Source of the DNA: Paraspadella gotoi
Taxonomy: Eukaryota > Animalia > Chaetognatha
Assembly: GCA_051294375.1 (NCBI GenBank)
Contig: CM119269.1
Coordinates: 8,305,225-8,369,224 of the forward strand
Reading direction: 5' to 3'
Length of the DNA stretch: 64,000 bases
A model generated the notes under the pieces. It ran no database searches and was not told the DNA's origin. It saw only the letters and a program-made list of their open reading frames with translations. The translations under genes were made by a program, and so were the position numbers. Positions 52,026 through 64,000 of this stretch are shown in pieces; the stretch's first letter is position 1; each line of letters begins with the position of its first letter.

Positions 52026-54693
52026 GTGAGTGGTGGCGGCGGATTTAAAGGCAGCGGCGGCGGCGGCGGCGACGGCGACGTCAGCGGCGGCGACAAAACG
52101 TCCGGCGCGTAAGTCACGCGAGATTTCGTTTCTCCGACGGAAGGGCGCGTTCGATACTGATCGTCGTCGTCGTCGTCTCGCCTTCTTCGTCGCACCGGCG
52201 TCGTTTCCGGGGACGATCCGGCGTCTAGGCGGCGGCGGCGTCGACTCCCGGCGTCGGCGGCGTCGTCGGGGCAGCTGCTGAGGCGACGGCGACGCCGCGG
52301 CGACCGCGTCGACGGCGGCGCGTCGTCGGCGAAGGACACGGAGTGACTGCACGAGGAGTGGTTACATACGGGAGAGGAGGAGTGATCCAGGTTACATACG
52401 GGCGACGAAGAGAGGGTATATCCGGGAGAGTGGTTCGAGTCGCGGGCGCGTGGCGCCGGGGACGAGGTGGTTGAGTTAGTAGCGTCGTCTCCCCTGGGTT
52501 AATGGGCGGAAGATGTTTAATATAAGTTATTTATTATAATTTACATATTGTATTGTTTTTATAATTGAATAATGCATAAACACATTAGGGGAAATGATAT
52601 ATTAATGTTGAAATAAAGTAAGGATTTATGCTAATATTTGTAATATAAAGAATTCGTTTTAAAAATTGTAAATTCTAAATACCAAATACCAATAAAAAAA
52701 TATTGTCCAGCTGAATTTAAAAATTGAGTCAAGCTAAAAGAAATGTAGAATGTAACGCGATTGTAACTGTGTGTAATTATAATTAAATATTTGAATATTC
52801 TTGATTCCAGACTCATCCCGATCATCACCTCGAAGGCGCGGGGCGACGACTGGAAAATTCGTTAGCGAAAGTGGAAGGTGCGAACGCTGAAGCGGAGACG
52901 GTAGCGGGTGCGTACACTGAAGAGGGTGCGAACACTGAAGAAGGTGCGTACACTGAGGAAGAATTAGGTGCGAACACTGAGGAAGAGGAAAGATTATCGC
53001 GTTGGCGTGCGGGAGAGCGAGAGGAGGCTTCTTCTTGGTTGCGACTTTGGGCTCGATTAGACGTCCCTACAGCAGTGACGTTCCGCGCCAGCAGCGAGTT
53101 GGCGTTGATGGCGCCCGCCAGCGCCCGCGCCAGCACGGAGTCGTCGGGCAAACTGTCGTCGTCGTCGTCGCGACGATGACGGTGATGATGATGATGATGA
53201 CTCGAGCGAGAGTCGTCGTTGTTGTTGTCTTCTTCGTGACAATCGGATGTCGAGGCGGCTTCTTCGTCCTTTTGGGGATGAAATCAGGGGAGGGGGTTGT
53301 TTGTGTTGGGGGAAGTAAGAGTTGGTAAGAATTGAATAGATTTAAAACGTAGAGTTGTACAATTTGTTGTTCACTTGATTAAATGAGAAGATTAAAGTAT
53401 GACAGGATTACTCCAATTTAGTCTGGTAGGCCTGTCAACACAAAATGATTAAAGCTGTTTCTTTCGCAATGTACGTCCCTGGTTCGAGCCCTGAGGTTGT
53501 CATGTGGAAAGTGGGATGGACCGGGTGAACCGCCAGTAGACATGGTCCTGCTGCCAGATTCAAAGCTCTGGACTACACGAACATGCTGTCTCGCTGTCAC
53601 CGCGAGGTGGCACCGTTGCGGGTGTGGCGCCCGGTAAAATCAGCCTCTTTAGTGGAAGTTTTAGGAAAAGGTTTTTGATAAGTGATGAGTTTCTGGCGAT
53701 ACTACAGGGTAATTGTGAAGTGAATAAAAAGGGAAAGGAGAAAAGAGTGAGGCAATTTAATCAAGAAAGCCAGAGAGGTACCGCTCAATTTATCTAAGTA
53801 CGTACGTATCTCTTTTCTTATTTGTTAAAAAGACTGCTTTTTTCTGCATTTATATAAATTATAGTCATGTAATAATTCTTATGGCACTTTTCAGTGACAT
53901 TTAAAGCCCATTTTATTTTATTTATATATATTTTTCTTTTAATATAGTTTTTAGAGTTCAAATAAATACAAACTCCAACCTTTCTCGACTCACCGCGATC
54001 TTTTTGGCTCCGTTCCCGTTGCTGTTGTTGTTGTTGTTGTTGTTTGGGGTGGCGCCTGAGCAGACGGAGCCGTAGAACATGAAGGCGCCCATGACGAAGA
54101 TGAAGACGCCGAGGATGAGAAAAATCGGCCAAACGACGTCGAAGTTGCCGAATTTTCCGGAATCGAGAATGAGTAGGACGAGACCAGTCAGCATGGAGAG
54201 AATGCCGATGCTGTGTGTGGGGGGGGGCAGGGGTGAATTTATCGATTTAATCAATCAAATCAATGAATCAAATCTAATAGATTGATATATAGATAGATAG
54301 ATAGATCAATCAACTAATTTATCAATTTGTCCGTTGGTCAACAAATGAAACCTGAAATTAGTCAGTAAATAAATCAATGGGCTAATTTATTTGTCAATCA
54401 ATGAGTAAGACAATCAATTCGTGAATCAAGAAATCTGTGAATAAATCAATCCATTAGTAATCAATCAATTAGTCAATCCATCAATCGGTCTAAAAGTTTA
54501 AAAATCAATCGGGCAATTATTTAATTTATCTAAGAAACAATGAAGCAATAAAAAAAGCCGACAACGACGACGACAACAACCCAAAAGACCTCGTGAGCGA
54601 GAGTCCCACCACGGCGTCGTCGTATCGAACTCTTTTTGGCGGGGCAGCCCTACCACTACCCTCGGGCCGTTTAATGGCCGCTGCAACTCTCAT
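51611..54693 (-). CDS. Two-TM membrane protein with a long disordered C-terminal tail, ~450 aa. Exons 54590-54693, 53994-54210, 52829-53268, 51919-52493, 51611-51627 (last exon tentative; unspliced read-through stops at 51872)
   Basis: Phase-consistent splicing gives MRVAAAIK...DAVVGLSLTSIGILSMLTGLVLLIL-DSGKFGNFD-VVWPIFLILGVFIFVMGAFMFYG (a helical hairpin). It is followed by poly-N, poly-H, SSVF/YAP repeats, poly-P and poly-D. The layout resembles PIRT/TMEM100/barttin-type 2-TM proteins, but no orthology is claimed. Confidence 0.75.
53429..53652 (+). mobile_element. Probable tRNA-derived SINE in intron 2 of the 2-TM gene
   Basis: Degenerate A-box-like TGATTAAAG and B-box GGTTCGAGCCC at tRNA-like spacing, followed by a GC-richer body. 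No intact cloverleaf. Confidence 0.45.
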
Positions 54694-54921
54694 CTTGAAG
54701 CGGGCGGGAGCGGGGGCGGTGGCGGATGCGCGAGGGGCGCGTCAGCCGGGGCGGCGCGGCGATGGGGGCGTCGTCGAGCCGGCCACACGGGCCGCGCGGG
54801 CTCGTCCACGTGGCGGCACGGCGCGTGAGGCGCGACCGCGGCGGCACGGGCGACGGAGCGCATGAGGTTTCGTGAAGGGGGGGGCGAGGTTGGTCTCGAC
54901 GAACGGCGTGGGGAGAGGAGG

Positions 54922-55014
<93 letters not shown>

Positions 55015-55136
55015 AAGATCAATGAGGTTTACAAGATTGGGAGGGAGAGATATATAGAGACGAGATAGTGAGCGACAGAGGGTGAGGGGTGATAGATGTG
55101 ATAGGAAGCACGAAATATCGAGTGAGCGATAGTGGA

Positions 55137-55195
<59 letters not shown>

Positions 55196-56269
55196 GAGAG
55201 AGAGAGAGGAAGAGAGAGAGGAGGAAAGAAGAGAGAGAGAGAGAGAGCGACAGAGGGGAATAAGCGTGAATAGAAAGTTGAAACAAACACCGTGATATTA
55301 GAACATCAAAAGTTTTTTCTTGAATTTCTTTACGCAAGTTTTTTTTTCTTCAAAAAATAGATTTTTTAAAAAAAATTTCTCGCGCGATTTATTTTATCAT
55401 TTTTTTTTTGTTTTGAGTTTGAATGATGTTTTGAGCAAAATTCGGATCAGGTTTTAATATTCATTTATAAAAAAAATGATTTTCGTTTCTGATTTTTTAT
55501 ATCACGAGGGAGTAAAGCCAATAAAAAAATACGGACATGCCACAAAGACTGCGATGATAATGTGATGGTGATTATCGTGATGACAGGAGTGATAGCGGTG
55601 ATAACGGTGATAGCAATTGATAGAGAGAGCGACAGACTTGAGATTGCAAAGACACGTTACTCGGATTGTGCGGGTAAAAGAGGTTGAGCTGTGAATTCTT
55701 ATTTTGAGTAAGTTCGTTTTCGCGCGGGAAACTCACTTTTCCTTTTTTCTCCCTGAAGGACGAGACAAGAAACAAAACTGGGTGGGTTTCCTGGACGAGG
55801 GTCGAGTTTGTAGGTAAGTTTGGGGGGTAAGTTTAAGGGCGAGTTTGGAGCGAGGTGAACCGTTGGGTGGAGGTTAGTTTGAAAAACTTTTTTACATTTT
55901 TTTTTTGTTAAAGGTTTTGCGGTAAGTCTAAGATAAAAACTTATCATTATTACATCGGAGTTTTTCCCATTTATTATTTCGTCCACAGAAAAAGAGTGAG
56001 AAACCAAAAGAAAAACGAAGACGGCGACAGGAAAAGGAGAATAAATACAACTGAATCAATGATAATATCACTGAAAAGTCAGGAACTTTATTAAATAGAA
56101 GATTATTTTTTTTTTTTTTGGTAGCTCCATGCAGGACGAATTTCTTACGCCCCCCCCGATAGGGGATCGGAAATCGGTAAAGAAGGCGAAACGATAGTTA
56201 GTAGTGCGATTAAAATTGTTTTGTATTAGTATTAAATGAATTAATTGATCGTTTAAAAAAAAAAGAGGA

Positions 56270-56480
56270 AGAGGTTCGTTAACGTCGGACTCGAAGCCAG
56301 GGGAGTTGCTCTTTTGTTTTCTTTTTGTTTTCGTGACGAAGGAGACGGGAAGCAACGGAGACGACAAAGATGGCGCTGAATGTACGAGTCCTTTATTTGT
56401 TTGTTTGTTTGTCGAAAATTTGTAATATTAAATGTTGAGTGACGCAAAAGACATCTCGCGATACGGTCACGTGAACGCCA
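56270..56480 (-). promoter_or_regulatory. Probable promoter region of the 2-TM gene
   Basis: CpG-rich patch with YY1-type AAGATGGCG (~56367), TGACGCAA and E-box GTCACGTGA (~56466), about 1.7 kb upstream of the ATG. Confidence 0.35.
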
Positions 56481-59051
56481 TTATATATTTTGTTTCCTTT
56501 TTTTTTTTAATTTAAAAATTGTTTTTCATTTATGAACTCATTATTTTCGCATTTTGTTGGTGAAAAGTGAAGAGAGAAAATACAAACGTGGAGAAAGAAG
56601 AAAAAAAGATTACGCGTTTAAGGCAAAAGGATTTCGGCCAAATTCTTTTTTTTCTTTTTTTGCTCTTTTTTTTTTGCCGGAGCGAGAGAAGATTAAAATT
56701 GGAGACTTGAATTGATAAAGAAAAAGAAAAAATTGTTCGCCGGTTTTTTGTTTATTTTTTTTATTTTATAACATTGAGATCGATAAACCGAATGCGACGT
56801 ATGTAGTTCGTTGTTTCTTTGTTTGTTTTTTTTTTAGGTTTTGTTTTGTTTTTAATTTTCTAGACGGTTATAATCGATCTTACGGCGAAGACTTTGCGAC
56901 AGGAAGCAAAAGTGGGTCAGAGATGCGCAGATTGTTGTTTGCAGTTGCAATATCGCAGTTTTAGTTGCAAAAGACCATCGTTCGAAATTGATTCTTCCGT
57001 CGTTCAGATTTGGATTTTCAGATTTCGAATTGTGACTCTTCGGCTACAAGGTGTTGTTGTTTAAACTTTAAAGACTCGACATTGTGGTTATTTTGCATAA
57101 TTGATTAAATGTTCAGTCTTTTACTTTCTATTATGATTATTGTATTTTTGTCTGTTTTATAATTGCTTAATAAGTTTACAAATAATAATATTTACACACT
57201 GTGTTTGTATATTATTATGTAATTAAAAAACAGAAAAACTAAGATAAAGTTTAGAAAAAAATATTTTTCACTATAATAACTTTAAATTTGTTTTGCACAG
57301 ATTATCTTAAAAAATATTTTGATACCGAATTTTTCCATTGCTTTTTGATAAATATTTAACAAGATAAAAAACAAACCCTTAGTCTTTCATGAGTTATTCA
57401 ACAACATCTTGTACTTTGATTGTCGGTGAATTCATGCAAAAACGTGAAACATTCTTTGTTTTCTTTTTTGCGGAGAGAAAAAAAAGGAGAGAAAAGAAAA
57501 TTCAAATCGAAGATTGTTAAAAATTCAAGATGGAAAATGAAATTAAAATAGTGTTTTTTGTTTGTTTTGTTTGTTTTCGTTCTTCCGTTTTCGGCTTTGG
57601 AATGACTTTTTTTTATTGGAGTTTGCATTTTTTTGTTTTCTTTTTGTTTTCTTGTTTTCGTTTCTCTGTTTTGTTTTTGCTTCTGGTTTCACGCCGCCTA
57701 AAAAAGGTAACTTAGATAACCTGAAAAAAATATTAATAAAAAAAAATATTAACTTGATTCTGGATGGTTGAAATAAAGGAAAACAATCATAATAAAAAGG
57801 ATATTGTGAAAATCAAAAAAATCTCAAAAAGATATTTGCTTTTCTGGCGCTTGTGTACTGTAGCTTCTAAACGTTTCACGAATGAGATATGCCGTTGCCT
57901 AAAACGACGAACCCTTGTAAGGATCATAACCCTGAAAACCTTTTCACTGAACGAGCAATAAATTCTCTCGAAAAAGAGAAATGGTTTCGTCGCTCAAAAA
58001 ATCTGCCAGGAATTTAGAGGAAAGAAAAAAAAAGAAAAGATTGAAAAGCGAGAATCCAAAGAAATCGTCACACATCTCTGCCTCTAAGGGAGACTTTGAA
58101 TTTGGGGGGCGTCTACGAGTTAGAGTGGTTTAAAAAGTATTAAAATAGGATGTTAGAGTGTTTCAAAATAAATAAATAAATAATGATGAAGTATTTTTTG
58201 AAAGTCATGAGCGAAAATTATATATTATATTATCGTCAGACAAAATGAATATTTAATAACCAAAAATAAAAATTAATAATAATAATAATAATTTGGAACT
58301 ACGTCCACGAAAAAAAGTCACCATGGCGCAACATATTAAAGTTCCTGGTTCTTTTTTCATTAGTCTACTCTACTAATTATATGGCTCAAACTCAAAGTCA
58401 TACCACTCTAAATCTCAAACCACAATTTTTTTTCCAGATGTAATTAAAGATTTGAACTCATTCAAAATATTTGGATAACTCGTGAGAATCGCCCCTCCAT
58501 ACCCACCTTCCTTTTTTTTCACATCCTCCCCTTTCCCCACTCTACTCTCCCTCTTCCCCACTNNNNNNNNNNNNNNNNNNNNNNNNNNNNNNNNNNNNNN
58601 NNNNNNNNNNNNNNNNNNNNNNNNNNNNNNNNNNNNNNNNNNNNNNNNNNNNNNNNNNNNNNNNNNNNNNNNNNNNNNNNNNNNNNNNNNNNNNNNNNAG
58701 AGAGAGACTATACCCGAATTTTTTCCCGCGGCGAGTGCTAACAAAATCTTAAGAGGTTCTCTCTAAAGTCTAATGACAATATCGTCTTTGTCGTTGGAGC
58801 CATCTCTGTCAACTTTTTAAACTTCGTTGGCTTTGTCATATTCGTCGTCTAAATGTGATACTTTCGACTACCAGAGAATTTTCCATAATGGAATTTATAT
58901 TAATTGCTCCAAATTCATGAAAATAGCAAAATTACTAGGTTATAAACTATCAAAGATGCAAAAATAAATTCCGTTTTGTAATAAAAATAAAAATAAACAA
59001 TCAACTAAAACGGAAAAACAAAAAAGAAAGAAAAAAAATTGTCTTTTTCGG

Positions 59052-59345
<294 letters not shown>

Positions 59346-60227
59346 TACTGGCGCAAAGAAGAAACTTCTTCACAGTAAAACTGTATTGTAGACTGTTGAC
59401 GTCTTTCAATGTGAGTCTAAAACATTTCTTAAGAATACGTTTCTTCAAAATTCAAAATTTTTAGCTTTTTATCTTTTTAGCCGTATCTAGACCAGATCTC
59501 TAGCCACTATAAAAACTATTATGACCATCAGCATAAACCACTACGCCAAAAAAAAAAAAACTATTAATTTTGAAAATTGTTGGTAAATTATATTAAATAA
59601 AAAGAAACTGCGTAATTAATCATAATTTATAGTCTGATTCGCTGCTTAGCCGTAAATGCCCGCGTGCAAAACCGGCGTTGTTTGCTCAAACTTGTTATCA
59701 ACTTTCAAATTGCTCTTTCTCAACCAACAGTCCCTGTCTAAACTTTCTCTCTCTCTCTCTCTCTCTCTCTCTNNNNNNNNNNNNNNNNNNNNNNNNNNNN
59801 NNNNNNNNNNNNNNNNNNNNNNNNNNNNNNNNNNNNNNNNNNNNNNNNNNNNNNNNNNNNNNNNNNNNNNNNNNNNNNNNNNNNNNNNNNNNNNNNNNNN
59901 NNNNNNNNNNNNNNNNNNNNNNNNNNNNNNNNAAAGATTGATAAAAAGAAAGAAAAAATATTCAGTTCGAAGCCGAAATTCTTCATCTGTTTAATGCACT
60001 AAGAGACAAGCCGCGAAATGTACCATGTTTTACACCTTGTGTCGCCCCATGCTTAGTGCCATGTTTTTGCACCAGGAGAGAGTACACAAAACCGACAAAG
60101 CCGACAAAATACTCTACAGCTTCATCTGTGAGACAAGCTTGTGAGACAAGAATGTTGACACCCGTGAACGTCATCAATATTGACTGAACTTGCTTTTAAC
60201 CTCCATATCTTCCCCTAACCTTTTAAG

Positions 60228-60519
60228 TTTTAACAAATCCCTAACAAATCCCCAACCCAATTCCCTCACTTTAACTTCATCCTCAGCCTTAATCCCTAAC
60301 CTTTTAACAAATTCCTAACCCAATTCCCAACCCAATTCCCTCACTTTAACTTCATCCTTAGCCTTAATCCCTAACCTTTTAACAAATCACTAACCCAGTC
60401 CCCAACCCAATTCCCTCACTTTAACTTCATCCTTAGCCTTAATCCCTAACCTTTTAACAAATCCCTAACAAATCCCCAACCCAATTCCCTCACTTTAACT
60501 TCATCCTCAGCCTTAATCC
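60228..60519. repeat. ~75-bp minisatellite (~4 copies) built from degenerate CCCTAA-like hexamers
   Basis: TTCCCTCACT recurs at 60261, 60336, 60411 and 60485. Confidence 0.92.
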
Positions 60520-60848
60520 ACGACTAAATTCTCAACTCCGAACCTAAAATTAACATAATTCTGAATTTAAGCTAATATTTGGCGCTTTTGGAAAATATGG
60601 TTAAATTTATTTCGGGAGTCATTCACCTCCACCACGAGAGTCTCGCTTCGAGACGTGAAAAGAACTAGTGGAGACAATGGACGCTTCATTTGTGAACATT
60701 TGTGAATATTTGGAAAGAGTGAGTCGCTTGAGTGGGCGTGTCTGCGTCGGCGTAAGTTTGATGGCGCTGCCTTGAGAGAAGTTTTTTTTCTGTTTATTTT
60801 TTTAAGAGAAAATCTTTCATTCTCTCTCAAACTGGCTCTCTCACTCTT

Positions 60849-60883
<35 letters not shown>

Positions 60884-61408
60884 NNNNNNNNNNNNNNNNN
60901 NNNNNNNNNNNNNNNNNNNNNNNNNNNNNNNNNNNNNNNNNNNNNNNNNNNNNNNNNNNNNNNNNNNNNNNNNNNNNNNNNNNNNNNNNNNNNNNNNNNN
61001 NNNNNNNNNNNNNNNNNNNNNNNNNNTGTCTCTCTCTCTCTCTCTCACTTTCTCAACCACTCTTCACTCTTCCGTTTCCATCTTATTAAAGTTTCACAAT
61101 ATATATTTATATAAAAAATAATTCTACGTTTAATGTCGCTCTCTCGAATTTTATATGATTAATCTCCACAATAAATAAAAATTTTAACGAACTACTCTCA
61201 TACTCGTAGTAAAACATTTTGAACATCTATCTTTATTCTCTTCAAATATTTAATCTGCTAACCTCTCCCTCTCTATCAACTCTCTCTGTCACAAACTTTT
61301 CTTTCCCCTTCACTCCATCTTCACTATCGACAATACTTTTTTTAGAATTCAAGCGTCAGAACCTAAAAACCGAAAAATCAAATTTGAATTTCCGAATATC
61401 GGGAAAAA

Positions 61409-61441
<33 letters not shown>

Positions 61442-63458
61442 NNNNNNNNNNNNNNNNNNNNNNNNNNNNNNNNNNNNNNNNNNNNNNNNNNNNNNNNNNN
61501 NNNNNNNNNNNNNNNNNNNNNNNNNNNNNNNNNNNNNNNNNNNNNNNNNNNNNTCTCTCTCTCTCTCTCTCTCTCTCTTATCTTCTCTGTTCAAAAGAAC
61601 AATTTAACTCCTTAAGATCTTCTTTTCAATTCCTCCTTTCTTCATCGTTCCCTGTGATCTATCACACCTCCTCTCACACCAACAATCTGCACATCTAGTT
61701 CGCCCACAGTGTCATCCTTTCACCCCACACCACCCTCTTTCGTTTCTCCTCTTCTCACAATCACTCCCAACCNNNNNNNNNNNNNNNNNNNNNNNNNNNN
61801 NNNNNNNNNNNNNNNNNNNNNNNNNNNNNNNNNNNNNNNNNNNNNNNNNNNNNNNNNNNNNNNNNNNNNNNNNNNNNNNNNNNNNNNNNNNNNNNNNNNN
61901 NNNNNNNNNNNNNNNNNNNNNNNNNNNNNNNNNNNNNNNNNNNNNNNNNNNNNNNNNNNNNNNNNNNNNNNNNNNNNNNNNNNNNNNNNNNNNNNNNNNN
62001 NNNNNNNNNNNNNNNNNNNNGAAATTATGGTTTTTTTTTACTCTTTTCATCGCTTTTCACGGCTTAACTATGATCGAGAATCTCAAAATCGAAAATCTAT
62101 TCATTCACTCGAGTCAAATCGACCGCAGACGATCGAATATTTTATGTCTCTCGCGTAAAGAGATAAGTTTTGTCTTAACTTAACTTACCCTGACAGCTTC
62201 AATCCTTTCTCGCCCCGCATCCTACCCTCTATGTTTCACTCTTACAATCTCACCATCTCTCACCAATCGACCTCAAATCTCACCTCAGTTCACCTCGCTC
62301 ACCCTTGATCTTTATTTCTCACCTCCATCACACCTTTTAGTCCACCATCTCAACCCCACGTTACAGCCGACCCTTTTATGAGTACAGATCATCAAGATGT
62401 ACTAAAGATGAGCATATGTATTATTTGACAACGGAAAACAAATTAATAAAGTTATTAAAATTATTTAAATTTTAAGTAAAAGAAACATTAATAAAGCAAT
62501 ATTAAATTTAAAATAAAAGGACCTCAGTAGAATTTGTGGAAAATAACTTGTCCAAAATAAACTATAGATTTATACCTATAAATAAATATGTATTCAAATA
62601 TAACATTGTTGATTTTTAAAAATAAAATTCTCTTTAATACTATCTATCTTCCCGCTTTCCTGCGCATGACAGCCTGTATGACATCCCGCGTTTTTTCACT
62701 GTGAATTTCACAAGAATCGATTAATTATGATCGCTTATCGATTCCAACGATAGAATATGAAGGAAAGAACGAAGGAACGAACGAAGGAACGAAGGAAAGA
62801 ACGAAGGAACGAAGGAACGAAGGAACGANNNNNNNNNNNNNNNNNNNNNNNNNNNNNNNNNNNNNNNNNNNNNNNNNNNNNNNNNNNNNNNNNNNNNNNN
62901 NNNNNNNNNNNNNNNNNNNNNNNNNNNNNNNNNNNNNNNNNNNNNNNNNNNNNNNNNNNNNNNNNNNNNNNNNNNNNNNNNNNNNNNNNNNNNNNNNNNN
63001 NNNNNNNACGAACGAACGAACGAACGAACGAACGAACGAACGAACTTAACTTAAGATCCTCATGAAACCGCGATTTTCCCAAACCACGTCGTTGCCTCTC
63101 TTTCAGTTCAGCCTTCGAAATGAAAACACAAATAAATTGTCTTTCGGAAAAATCTTAGCGCAAGTTTTTTTTTCGCTGATGCAGCAAAGCGACCGCCAAA
63201 GCAGAGCAGAGCCGCGGGGCCGCAGCTCGTGAGCAGGGATACATGGGGAGGCGGGGAGGGAGACTGGATGGGGAGCGAGAGGGAGCAGAGAGACAGACGA
63301 GAGAGAGAGAGAGAGAGAGAGAGAAGAGAGAAGAGAGAGAGAGAGGGAGATGCGCAGGACGTCCCGCGAGGTGAAGAGACACATTGGATGCGATGGAACG
63401 AAAAATGGAGGAAAAAAACGAGGAGAGAAAAAGGAAAGGTATGGAGAGAAAGAAAGAT

Positions 63459-63499
<41 letters not shown>

Positions 63500-64000
63500 C
63501 CGGAACGAGGAGAGAAACATCGCAAGAGAAGAGAATTATGAGCCGCACAGTATCGACTTGGGCATTTACAGTATGAGGTTCAATACTGGTTCTTGTATGT
63601 ACGATGGTGTTGGAAAAAGCCTTTTCGGATTTGTGCCAAACCGTCGAGACATAAGCCCTTTTAGAATAGCACAACATTTAAAAGTTAAAATCCGTGTTTA
63701 ATTCTGTGAATAAAAAACTAATTTGAATATAATGTACAGAGAGATTTTAAAGGCGAAGCAATTAGAAAACAAAAAACAGCAGATGGCGCAAAATCTAGAT
63801 ATTTTAAGATTTTGCAACAAAAACAAAAACGGGGATTTTATATCCGAGGGAAAACAAAATAGCAACGATCTGGAATTCGATGTTTATATTTATTTTTATA
63901 ATTCTTTCTAAAGAAAGTCGAGAAATAAGAAATAATTTGATAGAAATAATGTAACAATGTTATATTTTCTAGACTTCTTTGATAGTAAATTTTACAGCCT

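Noticed and set aside
60228-60519. True telomere or chromosome-fusion scar
   Set aside because: The hexamers are highly degenerate and organised as a 75-bp higher-order unit, with no head-to-head TTAGGG/CCCTAA junction.
63100-63700. Several overlapping ORFs and exon-like blocks near the window end
   Set aside because: Strand and frame are unresolved, no motif was recognised, and (AG)n tracts inflate the ORFs.

Overview
AT-rich eukaryotic (invertebrate-like) genomic DNA with GT-AG introns, very dense (AG)n/(ACG)n/(AAAG)n microsatellites and many N-gaps; most ORF-track entries are microsatellite artefacts. Manual splicing gives six protein-coding loci. (1) A secreted cystatin (minus, 3 exons). 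(2) A PPP1R27-like RVxF/ankyrin PP1 regulator (plus, 4 exons). (3) A small unnamed protein with two duplicated, mutually exclusive terminal exons (plus). (4) A long low-complexity multi-exon gene (minus, about 31.0-41.0 kb, 5' end unresolved). (5) An intronless, unusually long XK-related (XKR scramblase family) membrane protein, followed by an indel-riddled tandem copy that looks like an assembly artefact. (6) A two-TM protein with a long disordered tail (minus). Non-autonomous DNA transposons of several superfamilies can be delimited by TIRs/TSDs. One Tc1/mariner-type element is nested inside a foldback MITE, and the empty site of that MITE is visible in a second copy in the same window. No rRNA, intact tRNA or CRISPR array is supported. 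All gene models were spliced by eye and need transcript confirmation.
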